Shown: positions 8,967-17,038 of the stretch, one piece after another | Numbering within the stretch: the first letter of the stretch is position 1 | How the letters are laid out: each line of letters begins with the position of its first letter | From: Deltaproteobacteria bacterium | GTDB taxonomy: Bacteria; Desulfobacterota; Syntrophia; Syntrophales; JACQWR01 | NCBI GenBank assembly: GCA_016209105.1 | Contig: JACQWR010000028.1 | Coordinates: 135,642-199,641, forward strand | Direction: 5' to 3' | Length of the DNA stretch: 64,000 nt | The notes under the pieces: model-generated | The model's database searches: none | Told to the model about the DNA's origin: nothing | Seen by the model: the letters and a program-made list of their open reading frames with translations, nothing else | Program-made: the position numbers and the translations under genes

Positions 8967-9610
8967 AGAAGCAGTTCCTTTCTTATGATGAGGATAACGG
9001 TACGGGTGGAAAGGACGCGTCCCGTGAGACTGTCCGCATTGATTTCCGAAATGCGTTCCTCGGGCAGGGTAAGATCTTCGCAGGCAAACAGGCGGTAGCC
9101 GTTCTTTTCCAAGTCGCCGAACAGCGGCAAGAGAAGGCGGGACAGCTTTTCACCGCCGCCCAAAAGAGCGATTGTTTCGTTTGCGCAGAGTTCCTCGCTG
9201 CGAAGGTTTGGTTCCGCGGCATGGATGCTGATGATTTTCGCATTTTGCCAGCAGAGCCCGATGCGGGCAAAGGCGGCCTGTACGGCGCTTACGCCGGGTA
9301 CAATCTCGCAGGCAGCTCTTCCAAAGCGTCGGATAATGAGCGAGGCAAGGCTGTAGAGGCCCGGATCGCCGGTTACGAGAACGGCAATGCGTACGGTGCT
9401 CCGCCGCCGGGCAATCTCCTCCACGATTTTTTCCGTATCCGTTCCCACGGCAATGCGTTCGGCGCCTCCGCCGGGGAAAAGGGCGAGCAGGCGTTCTGCG
9501 CCGATAAGCACATCGGCGTCTGGTATCGCCGAGCGTGCAGCGGACGTCAGATAATCGGGAGAGCCGGGTCCACAACCCACGATCATGATTTTGTCTTTCG
9601 TTATCGCCAT
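8963..9610 (-). CDS. cbiE: Cobalt-precorrin-7 (C5)-methyltransferase, stand-alone CbiE with no CbiT domain
   Basis: IMIVGCGPGSPDYLTSAARSAIPDADVLIGAERLLALF...VLVTGDPGLYS. At 215 aa it covers the methylase fold only. Confidence 0.85.
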   Translation of the reverse strand: MAITKDKIMIVGCGPGSPDYLTSAARSAIPDADVLIGAERLLALFPGGGAERIAVGTDTEKIVEEIARRRSTVRIAVLVTGDPGLYSLASLIIRRFGRAACEIVPGVSAVQAAFARIGLCWQNAKIISIHAAEPNLRSEELCANETIALLGGGEKLSRLLLPLFGDLEKNGYRLFACEDLTLPEERISEINADSLTGRVLSTRTVILIIRKELLL

Positions 9611-10668
9611 GGTGCAATATCTCCTGCGGATCCGAGGATCCGGCCCTGCATGTCCGTCAACGCTATAGCCGGGGCCGCGATAGTGCCGCGGTGTTCCGCC
9701 ATCCGGGCCGCTACGGCCTTCTGCACCTCGCCGGCCAGGATGTTTCCCAGCGTTCCGATTTCATGCGCGGGAAGGGAGGCGAATATCCCTTCGACGGTGA
9801 CCTCTCCGGAGAATGACCTGCCGAACAGCTTCTCCGCGCGGCGAGCGACGAACGTGACGGCACGGTCTGACCGTGCAGAGTGCGTATCCCAGTGACCTGC
9901 CGCCAACTTTACCAGCTTTCCGGGATGTCCCGCAACGAGTAGTTTCCCAAACCGATACGAGAGAACGGAATCAATGATGAAGCCCCACTCGTTCCCCACC
10001 TCGATGATCTGCTGATCTTTGGTGTGAAAGTTCTTTTGGGCGGCCCTCCGGCCGATATTCCCGGGCACCAGGATCGGTGCTTCAATCCCGCAGGCCGCGG
10101 CCACGTCCAGCGAACATTTCAGAGACGCATGCACCGCGGATACGCTGTAGGGACGGACGATTCCCGTGGTGCCCAGCACGGAGAGCCCGCCGTTGATTCC
10201 CAAGCGCGGATTGAAGGTTTTTTCCGCCATCTTCCGGCCCCCGGGGATGGAAACGGTGACGAGCAACCCCTGCAGTGTCACTTCCCGGACGGCATTTTCA
10301 ATCATTCGGCGTGGCACGGGATTGACGGCCGCCTCGCCGGGCATCACGGAGAGGCCCGGCTTCGTCACCGTCCCCACGCCTTCCCCCGCGGCGAAAATGA
10401 CGGTATAGGGGGGGATGGGCGAGAGCTTTACCACGAGCAGAGCGCCGTTCGTGACGTCAGGATCGTCGCCGGCGTCCTTGCGAACTGCTGCCTGCGTTCC
10501 GTTCCTGCCGATACGCACATATTCCACGGGAAAAGTGACGCGCGTGCCCTCCGGCAGGGAAATCTCCACTTCCGTCGCGCGTTCTTTTTCCGCGAGAAAC
10601 CGGGCCGCAGCCTTTGCGGCTGCCGCCGCACAGGCGCCGGTCGTATAACCCGTACGCAGTCTTTTCAT
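9601..10668 (-). CDS. cbiD: Cobalt-precorrin-5B (C1)-methyltransferase
   Basis: MKRLRTGYTTGACAAAAAKAAA....DAGDDPDVT.G.......GEGVG.VTKPGL...G..A.NPVPR.MI is the CbiD signature. Confidence 0.92.
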   Translation of the reverse strand: MKRLRTGYTTGACAAAAAKAAARFLAEKERATEVEISLPEGTRVTFPVEYVRIGRNGTQAAVRKDAGDDPDVTNGALLVVKLSPIPPYTVIFAAGEGVGTVTKPGLSVMPGEAAVNPVPRRMIENAVREVTLQGLLVTVSIPGGRKMAEKTFNPRLGINGGLSVLGTTGIVRPYSVSAVHASLKCSLDVAAACGIEAPILVPGNIGRRAAQKNFHTKDQQIIEVGNEWGFIIDSVLSYRFGKLLVAGHPGKLVKLAAGHWDTHSARSDRAVTFVARRAEKLFGRSFSGEVTVEGIFASLPAHEIGTLGNILAGEVQKAVAARMAEHRGTIAAPAIALTDMQGRILGSAGDIAPWR

Positions 10669-11543
10669 GAGCGGCCTCCGGCCTTTCCGTTCAGGGTGAT
10701 ATCGGTCGGTAACAGCGCCAGCAGCTGCTTGCGCGCCTCGCCGACGGTTAGCGGGATATTATCAAAAGGCACGCCATCTTCGTTCTTGAGGCGGTAAATC
10801 AGCTCAGCGATATGGGGGAGCCTAAGTTTCACCTGCGCCATTTCCTCGGGCGCCGTGAACACTTCTGCCGGAGGACCGCTACGCACGATTTGCCCTTTGC
10901 TGAGGATGTAGAGGCGGTCCAAGAACAGCGGCACAAGGTCAACACTGTGGGTAGCCATGACCACGGTCACCCCTTGCTCCCGGTTCAGCTTGGTAAGCAG
11001 GTTCATCATCTTGTATTCGCCCATGGGGTCCAGGCCCGCCGTCGGTTCGTCAAGCAGCAGGATTTGATGTCCCATGGCCAGGAGTCCGGCGATACAAATC
11101 CGTTTCTTCTGGCCGAAGCTCAGATTATGGATGGACTTCTTCGCATGCCCTTCCATACCAACGTCTCCGAGCGCAAGTCCTACCCGTCGGCTGACCTCTG
11201 AGCCGGTAAAACCCATATTCAGTGGGCCGAACGAAACGTCCTCGAACACCGTGGGAGCGAAGAGTTGTTCGTCGGGATTTTGAAAGATAAGGCCGACTTT
11301 TCCATAGATTTCCTTCGGCGAGAGCTTTCGTATATCCGTTCCATCAAGGAGCGTGACGCCTGTATAGTCACGTATCAATCCGTCCATGGCCTTAAGAAGG
11401 GTTGTCTTCCCTGAGCCGTTCGATCCAAGTATGCCGACGAACTCGCCCCTCCTGATCCCCAGGTTTATGTCTCGGAGCGCACGGGTGCCGTCGGGGTAAC
11501 TGAACGATCGTATCGTTACCGATAATCTCGTCACATCTTCCAT
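10665..11543 (-). CDS. cbiO: ECF cobalt transporter ATPase
   Basis: Walker A GSNGSGKTT, signature LSFGQKKR, Walker B LLLLDEPTAGLD. Located in a cbiMNQO context. Confidence 0.9.
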   Translation of the reverse strand: MEDVTRLSVTIRSFSYPDGTRALRDINLGIRRGEFVGILGSNGSGKTTLLKAMDGLIRDYTGVTLLDGTDIRKLSPKEIYGKVGLIFQNPDEQLFAPTVFEDVSFGPLNMGFTGSEVSRRVGLALGDVGMEGHAKKSIHNLSFGQKKRICIAGLLAMGHQILLLDEPTAGLDPMGEYKMMNLLTKLNREQGVTVVMATHSVDLVPLFLDRLYILSKGQIVRSGPPAEVFTAPEEMAQVKLRLPHIAELIYRLKNEDGVPFDNIPLTVGEARKQLLALLPTDITLNGKAGGRS

Positions 11544-12283
11544 ACGACCCCCATGGCGATGACAAACAGGACTGAAAACGTGACCTCAGTGGCCTTGAAG
11601 GGTTTATGCTTGAGCATCGGCATGTCGCCTTCATAGCCGCGCTGCACCATAGCCACGGTCGTGCTCTGGCTGTGATCAAAGGCCTTGATCGTCAAAGTGC
11701 CGGCCAGCGTTCCGAAGGAGCTCAACCCGCGCCTGACGGTCGAATAGCCAAGGCGGTTTTTCTGGGCTTGGTAGATGACCTGCGCATCCTCAAAAAGCAC
11801 AAAAATATACCGATAGGCAAACATCAGGATCTCGATAAATCCCTTCGGCACCCTGAACCATGAAAGACCCGCCATAAATTCGGTGAAGGGAGTGGAGAAT
11901 CCCAGCACGGCAATAACGGATACAGCGCCGATAATCCTGGTCCCGATGAGCAGTCCTTCACGAAAACCGTCCCGGTGACCCACGATCTCCGCGCCAAAGA
12001 TGTTCAGAGAAAAAAGCGCATCCTGTCCGGAAAAGAAGAGTTTCAATAAAACTACGATAGCGGCAATGAACAGGGGCTCGGAAAATCTCAGGATAAAAAC
12101 CCGTAAGGGCACTTTTATGGCCATACACAAAAAAAGGCAAATGATTGCCGTGGCCACGGGGAAGACGAATCCGTGGTAACTCAGGACCATTACCAAAAGG
12201 GCCAGGGCAATGAGGAGTTTAACCCGCGCGTCGATTCGTGAAAGAAAATGATCTTTTTTGAAATATTCAGACAAAATTTGCAT
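11531..12283 (-). CDS. cbiQ: ECF transporter transmembrane (T) component
   Basis: Polytopic membrane protein with D.R.K at the N-terminus and the A.R.IF.L.ED...I..AQ..R motif region typical of CbiQ/EcfT. Confidence 0.85.
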   Translation of the reverse strand: MQILSEYFKKDHFLSRIDARVKLLIALALLVMVLSYHGFVFPVATAIICLFLCMAIKVPLRVFILRFSEPLFIAAIVVLLKLFFSGQDALFSLNIFGAEIVGHRDGFREGLLIGTRIIGAVSVIAVLGFSTPFTEFMAGLSWFRVPKGFIEILMFAYRYIFVLFEDAQVIYQAQKNRLGYSTVRRGLSSFGTLAGTLTIKAFDHSQSTTVAMVQRGYEGDMPMLKHKPFKATEVTFSVLFVIAMGVVWKM

Positions 12284-12352
12284 TCATTTCCCCTTGTAAA
12301 GAGGCGGATGCGTGAGCTGCCGGGAAAAGCAGGCCGCGCATCCACCTGATCG

Positions 12353-12685
12353 TCAGGCTGTTTTTTTTCTTTCTCTTGAGGTTGCAGGTGCTTTTTCAAT
12401 CATAAGCACCCGCCAGGAATAACCAGCAACAAAACCCCCTACCGTTCCAGCAATGAGAAATACGAACAGCAGGAGATCTCCCTGGTCCGTATTGATCAAC
12501 GGCTCATGCGCCTCTCTGCCGTGTTCTTTAGCGTATTTTTCAACGACCGATTCATCGACCCCCGGCCACTTTTCAGCGGCGATTGTAGCCAGAGAACAGA
12601 ACACAGAGAGTAAAATACAAACTATAATAATCTGTATCCGGTATTGATTTTTCTGACTTCTGACTTCTGTCATCTGTCTTCTCAT
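12353..12685 (-). CDS. cbiN: CbiN-like small two-TM subunit of the cobalt ECF S-component
   Basis: N-terminal TM, then EKWPGVDES...EP....QGDLLLFVFLIAGTVGGFVAGY. This resembles the CbiN pattern ...EP.SGEIESLLF.LQ...G. ATGA coupling to the cbiM stop. Longer and more divergent than enterobacterial CbiN. Confidence 0.65.
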   Translation of the reverse strand: MRRQMTEVRSQKNQYRIQIIIVCILLSVFCSLATIAAEKWPGVDESVVEKYAKEHGREAHEPLINTDQGDLLLFVFLIAGTVGGFVAGYSWRVLMIEKAPATSRERKKTA

Positions 12686-13440
12686 AGCGCCACCTCCTCC
12701 GTCTTGATCACCCGCATCTTTATCAGAAGGTCGGGCCGCTTTTTATATAACAGAACAACCATACCTGCTGTCATCGCCCCTTCAAGGATTCCCAGGGGAA
12801 GCTGCGTGGGGATAAAAGCAATGAGTATCTTCCAAAAAAGCGGCATGAACGGCGAGTCTCCCCGTATTCCGGAGGCAAGCTCTACGGATGTTGTGATATA
12901 GGTCGCCCAGTCCGCGAACAGGCCCGCCATGAATCCGGAGACCGCCATATTCACGTTCATGGAGCGCAATGCCTTAAACGTAAAATAACCCGCGAATGAA
13001 CCCACAATGCCCATGGATACGATATCTGCACCCCAGGTACTCAAGCCTCCGTGAGCGAGAAAGAGAGCCTGGATGAGCAGGGCCACTGCCGAGACCAGTA
13101 TGCTGATGGCGGGTCCAAGCAGAATACCCGAAATACCGGTCCCGCATGGATGCGAACAAGTACCGGCGGTCGGTACCGGTATGGGCATGCAGGATATGAT
13201 GAATACCACAGCCGCCATCAGTCCCACGAGAGGCTTGAATGACAGGTCGGTCTCGGACATCTTCTTTAGCCGGTACAGTCCGTATCCGACAAACGGCACT
13301 GCGACGACAAACCAGACTGCCGCCCAGTTAAAGGGAAGGATGCCTTCCGAGATATGCATGGCATGAGCATTGCCGGCGGACAGAAAAATACCCAACAACA
13401 TGGGAAGAAGGAGCAGTTTTTTAGAGTTATCGTTTTTCAT
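12682..13440 (-). CDS. cbiM: Cobalt ECF transporter substrate-capture subunit CbiM, with a 27-aa signal-peptide-like leader
   Basis: MKNDNSKKLLLLPMLLGIFLSAGNAHA | MHISEGILPFNWAAVWF.... The conserved MHIxEG N-terminus follows an AHA signal-peptidase-type site. Confidence 0.9.
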   Translation of the reverse strand: MKNDNSKKLLLLPMLLGIFLSAGNAHAMHISEGILPFNWAAVWFVVAVPFVGYGLYRLKKMSETDLSFKPLVGLMAAVVFIISCMPIPVPTAGTCSHPCGTGISGILLGPAISILVSAVALLIQALFLAHGGLSTWGADIVSMGIVGSFAGYFTFKALRSMNVNMAVSGFMAGLFADWATYITTSVELASGIRGDSPFMPLFWKILIAFIPTQLPLGILEGAMTAGMVVLLYKKRPDLLIKMRVIKTEEVAL

Positions 13441-13448
13441 ATTTTCTC

Positions 13449-14219
13449 CTAAAGCCGGTACGTCAGCCCAGCAAGTATGGAATAGTCTGTTTCGGCCCGA
13501 GTGATCCCGGCCTTCACGCCGAAGTCGACATCAAGATTTTCGGAAAACGAGTAGATGATCCCGGCAATGAGAAACGCGGGATCACGGTCAGCCGCTTTAT
13601 CGGGGTTTCTTTCTATGCCCACATTCCCGACAAGCTTCAGGTTCTTGACGATCTCGCAGGTCGTTGCAAGCGACGCGTGCCAAAGGTTCTTATTCTCGTC
13701 AAACTTGCTCTCGTTCCTGATATAGTCGAGGTTTGCATGAAATGCCCAGGGAGCGGCCTCCTTGGTCCCGATCAGGAAAACATGATAGCCCGTTTTTCCG
13801 GTTCCGAGCCCCTTATCTTCATCGCCTGTGGGGAAGCTCGCACCTGGCTTCACTGCGAAACTTAACCCGTCCTTCTCAAAGAACCGCCACTTGATGTCCA
13901 AAGTCGCGTCCGAGATGCCATGTTCATTCGAGACGAGAACACCATCGTCCTTTTCCTCGATCCACTGATAGGGAATGCCGACCGCAAGATCGATGCTGTC
14001 GATAATTCCATAGGTTAACGCCATCGTCGCCTGGCCGCCCGTAGTCTTAACGGATACGCTATTGACGGTTTCCGTATCACTATCGTACTGTCCGTTCACT
14101 TCAAGCTGGAATTTACCCTTTCCCTGCGTTCCTGCATCATCCGTAATGAGCGGATGGGCTGCAAAAACCATGCATGGCCACAGCAATACCATGACCATCG
14201 TGCTGACACTTCTGCACAT
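13449..14219 (-). CDS. Outer-membrane beta-barrel, MetA-pathway/phenol-degradation-like transporter family (candidate PF13557)
   Basis: Signal peptide MCRSVSTMVMVLLWPCMVFA|AHP. N-terminal motif PLITDDAGTQGKGKFQLE, alternating beta-strand pattern, C-terminal ...ILAGLTYRL. I chose the ATG at 14219 (AAGGAG RBS 8 nt upstream) over the ORF-track start at 14237. Confidence 0.7.
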   Translation of the reverse strand: MCRSVSTMVMVLLWPCMVFAAHPLITDDAGTQGKGKFQLEVNGQYDSDTETVNSVSVKTTGGQATMALTYGIIDSIDLAVGIPYQWIEEKDDGVLVSNEHGISDATLDIKWRFFEKDGLSFAVKPGASFPTGDEDKGLGTGKTGYHVFLIGTKEAAPWAFHANLDYIRNESKFDENKNLWHASLATTCEIVKNLKLVGNVGIERNPDKAADRDPAFLIAGIIYSFSENLDVDFGVKAGITRAETDYSILAGLTYRL

Positions 14220-14239
14220 ATGCCATTCTCCTTCCATCG

Positions 14240-14380
14240 AGGTTTTGGGAATGAGAGGTCTTCCGGCTCAGGGCTGCCTACTTGCCCACCTTCCCAGCGG
14301 CTTTAAAACCGCCAGTGGTTTTTTTGGGGTTTTCGTTCCCTTCACGGCTGCGTGACAGCAGAGGACTTTCACCTCTTTCC
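14240..14380 (-). promoter_or_regulatory. Cobalt-transport-proximal cobalamin riboswitch 1 (RF00174-like)
   Basis: Minus strand reads ...GCGGAAAGAGGTGAAAGTCCTCTGCTGTCACGCAGCCGTGAAGGGAACG...AACCACTGGCGGTTTTAAAGCCGCTGGGAAGGTGGGC...CTGAGCCGGAAGACCTCTC. Core motifs GGTGAAAGTCC, CCACTG and GGGAAGG are present, as is the B12 box AGCCGGAAGACC at 14255-14269. Confidence 0.85.
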
Positions 14381-14385
14381 GCTTC

Positions 14386-14413
14386 ATTATTCCCTGATTC
14401 AAAATTTTGTTAA
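14386..14413 (-). promoter_or_regulatory. Candidate promoter for riboswitch 1 (TTAACA -16 nt- AATAAT)
   Basis: Minus strand reads ATCATTAACAAAATTTTGAATCAGGGAATAATGAAGCGG. It lies directly 5' of the riboswitch core. Confidence 0.35.
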
Positions 14414-14482
14414 TGATATCAGTGACTTTAAAAACTCTCCGTCTTATTTCATGTTTCATCACCCCCTTTCTGCCGATACTTC

Positions 14483-14929
14483 TCACACCTGTGATTCCAA
14501 CTTGAGGATATCGGGAAGACTCCGGGACTCCATCAACCGCTTTATAACCAGATCAACGAGACATTCGTCGAAGCCAAGATTCTTGCCCAGCACGACCTTC
14601 ACCCCGGGAAAGGCAGCTGCCTTTTCCCTCATCATTTCGGGAACATCCTGCAGCAGATGAATCCCCTGGTGAAGAAAGTAGGGAAGAACGAGAATAGAAG
14701 AGGCGCCCTGTCCGATACACGCATCGAATACCTCGGGAAAGAGGGCACCCGATCCCGACATCTGGCAGGTTGCAATTATTTCGTACCCGATCCTCTCCCT
14801 GAGGCGTGCCGCGACTTTTTCCATGTCATCTGCCGCGCCGGCCGCACGGCTGCCGTGTCCGAGGATAATAACGGCTCGTTTGCCATGGTGTGGTGTATTC
14901 TCCTGCTGTGCATCTTGGTCTAAATTCAT
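14483..14929 (-). CDS. cbiX: Sirohydrochlorin cobaltochelatase, short CbiX(S) type
   Basis: AVIILGHGSRAAGAADDMEKVAARLRE.......C......ALFPEVFDACIGQGASSILVLPYFLHQGIHLLQDVPE. Confidence 0.85.
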   Translation of the reverse strand: MNLDQDAQQENTPHHGKRAVIILGHGSRAAGAADDMEKVAARLRERIGYEIIATCQMSGSGALFPEVFDACIGQGASSILVLPYFLHQGIHLLQDVPEMMREKAAAFPGVKVVLGKNLGFDECLVDLVIKRLMESRSLPDILKLESQV

Positions 14930-14939
14930 GGTTCATTCC

Positions 14940-15656
14940 TTACTGACCGGAGAGACGGTTCTCGGCGCCCGTTCCATTTTCCGGTTCCTGATTACGCCCT
15001 GCAATGGTGCAGAGGGCATGGATTACGCTTACGGCAAGGGGGCTGCCGCCCCTTCGTCCTGCAAGGATTATGAAAGGAACACCCGTTGACAATAACTCCT
15101 CCTTGCTTTCCCGTACGTGGACGAAGCCCACGGGCATGCCAACGACGAGTGCCGGTCTGATATTATCCTCGATGATGAGCCTGTTCATCTCCAGGAGCGC
15201 AACGGGCGCGTTCCCGAAGAGGGCGATGGCGCCATTGAGGCGCGATTTTGCCATTTGCACCGCAAAAAATGAGCGGGGCAGGTTTTGTGACGTTGCTTTA
15301 CGGACAACCTCTTCATTGTCCACGTAACAGATGATCCGTTCGCGTGCATATCCGGAATAAACGGCTTTCAGACGGGCAAGGGATATGCCGCTCCGGATCA
15401 TATTCGAATCGGTATAGATCATTTTTCCATTCCGGAGCGCGGTTACGGCGGAAACAATCGCGCCGGGTGAAAAGGTGATGTCTGTCATCGAGGTGAAATC
15501 ACCCGTCGTATGGATTATTCTGCGCACAACTTCCCACTCCTCGGCGGAAAAATGGTGCACCGGCGCCTCCCGGTCTATGATTGCGAATGAGCGAGCCTCT
15601 ATCTCCGGGCCGCTCAGGGGATTTGCCAGAAAATCATGGATAGCGGGGCGTTTCAT
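14940..15656 (-). CDS. cbiC: Cobalt-precorrin-8 methylmutase
   Basis: EIEARSFAIID.........EEWEVVRRIIHTTGDF......F.......A...L..G..IYTD.NM......FGNAPVAL.....L........PALVVGMPVGFV...ESKE.L. The start was set at the ATG at 15656, which forms an ATGA overlap with the cbiA stop. Confidence 0.9.
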   Translation of the reverse strand: MKRPAIHDFLANPLSGPEIEARSFAIIDREAPVHHFSAEEWEVVRRIIHTTGDFTSMTDITFSPGAIVSAVTALRNGKMIYTDSNMIRSGISLARLKAVYSGYARERIICYVDNEEVVRKATSQNLPRSFFAVQMAKSRLNGAIALFGNAPVALLEMNRLIIEDNIRPALVVGMPVGFVHVRESKEELLSTGVPFIILAGRRGGSPLAVSVIHALCTIAGRNQEPENGTGAENRLSGQ

Positions 15657-17038
15657 GCCGCACCTCCGCATTTTGCCGCGAAACGTTCCACTGCCTGCGG
15701 CCGGGACGCATAATGAAGGTGGGCATAGCTTGCCAGAAGATTGCCGCATTGAAAGCCTTCCGTGATGAAGGATTCCCGGCGGTTTCGTTTCAGGGTGTAT
15801 GCCGGTTTCCAGCGGGATTCCGCAATCCCGTCCGCGACAAGTTCCGAATAGTGGAATTCATGGCCCCTCAGGACATCGCCCCGCCTTCCCCAGAGGGAAT
15901 CATCAGTGAGGGTGGCCTCAACGTATCCCAGAAATTTTTTCGATGCCCGCATACGCGTCCATGCGGGGATGACCCCGGCCAGAGGATGGCGTTCCCCACC
16001 GGTGGTTTCCAGGCCTTCGGAGAGATACATTAACCCGCCGCACTCCGCATAGACGGGACGTCCCGATTCCGCAAACATTCGTATCGAGTTACGCATGCCG
16101 CTGTTTGTCGAGAGCGCACCCGCATGGACCTCCGGGTATCCGCCTCCCAGGTATAACCCGGTAATTCCCCGGGGCAGGGCTTCATCAGTCAGCGGCGAGA
16201 AGAAAACAAGTTCACAGCCCCTGGCTTCCATTTCGTCGAGCGTATCCCGGTAATAAAAATGAAAAGCCCGGTCGTAGGCGACCGCGACGGCAGCGCTCTT
16301 CGTTCTGTGCTCCCGCACATCAACCGGACAGGAGAGGGGATGTGCCGTCTGTGCCATATTGACGATGCCCTCCACGTTCAAGCTCTTCTCTATGCCGTCG
16401 GCAAAGGAATTGAGCGTTGTTTCGGGGAGCGTGTGCCGATCGGCGGTAACGAGTCCCAGGTGACGGTCGTAAAGTGGGGGAAACGCGCCTCGGTGCACGG
16501 CGCCGACAAGGGGGGGAAGCGCCGTGGCGGAAAGGGAAACGGCAAGCCATTGGGCGTGGTTGTCGGACGCGCACCGGTTCGCCACGACGCCCGCAACGCG
16601 AACGTCCGGCTCAAAGGACGTGTACCCCTTTACAAGCGCTGCAATGCTGCGGGCGGCGCCGCGCGCATCAATGACGAGGAGCACCGGCGCTTCCAGCCAG
16701 CGGGCGATTTCGGCAGTGCTTCCCTCCGCCGTGGCGGCATCCGCGCCGTCGAAAAGTCCCATAACGCCTTCAATGACGGCAATGTCCGCTTCGCCGGTCG
16801 TGCGGCCGAAAAGTGAGGTGACATAGTCCTTTCCCATCATCCATCCGTCCAGGTTATAGCAGGGCCTTCCCGATGCTACTGTCAGATAGGTGGGGTCGAG
16901 AAAATCGGGTCCGACCTTGAAGGTCTGGACACGCAATCCCCGCCGCTTGAGGGCACTTGTCAGGGCAATGGCGAGCGATGTCTTGCCCGTGCCGCTGTGC
17001 GTGCCGCCGATAACGATCCGGGGGACGGTAACCTTCAA
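15653..17038 (-). CDS. cbiA: Cobyrinate a,c-diamide synthase
   Basis: (M)KVTVPRIVIGGTHSGTGKTSLAIALTSALKRRGLRVQTFKVGPDFLDPTY... plus a C-terminal glutamine amidotransferase domain (YAECGGLMYL). I placed the start at the TTG at 17038, behind an AGGAG RBS. The 67-codon Arg-rich extension in the ORF track overlaps cobO and is rejected. Confidence 0.9.
   Translation of the reverse strand: MKVTVPRIVIGGTHSGTGKTSLAIALTSALKRRGLRVQTFKVGPDFLDPTYLTVASGRPCYNLDGWMMGKDYVTSLFGRTTGEADIAVIEGVMGLFDGADAATAEGSTAEIARWLEAPVLLVIDARGAARSIAALVKGYTSFEPDVRVAGVVANRCASDNHAQWLAVSLSATALPPLVGAVHRGAFPPLYDRHLGLVTADRHTLPETTLNSFADGIEKSLNVEGIVNMAQTAHPLSCPVDVREHRTKSAAVAVAYDRAFHFYYRDTLDEMEARGCELVFFSPLTDEALPRGITGLYLGGGYPEVHAGALSTNSGMRNSIRMFAESGRPVYAECGGLMYLSEGLETTGGERHPLAGVIPAWTRMRASKKFLGYVEATLTDDSLWGRRGDVLRGHEFHYSELVADGIAESRWKPAYTLKRNRRESFITEGFQCGNLLASYAHLHYASRPQAVERFAAKCGGAA

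Noticed and set aside
12284-12352. A hairpin (GGATGCG...CGCATCC) in the cbiN-cbiQ spacer as a regulatory element
   Set aside because: It has only a 7-bp stem with a long loop and no U-tract. It is indistinguishable from chance structure in GC-rich sequence without comparative data.
12650-12670. A short tandem duplication CTGACTT CTGACTT
   Set aside because: It is only two 7-nt units inside the 5' end of the cbiN-like gene (encoding EVRSQK). It is too short to be meaningful.
14268-14486. A 72-aa minus-strand ORF between cbiX and the outer-membrane barrel gene
   Set aside because: It coincides with the cobalamin riboswitch aptamer and its promoter. The peptide is basic and low-complexity and has no RBS.
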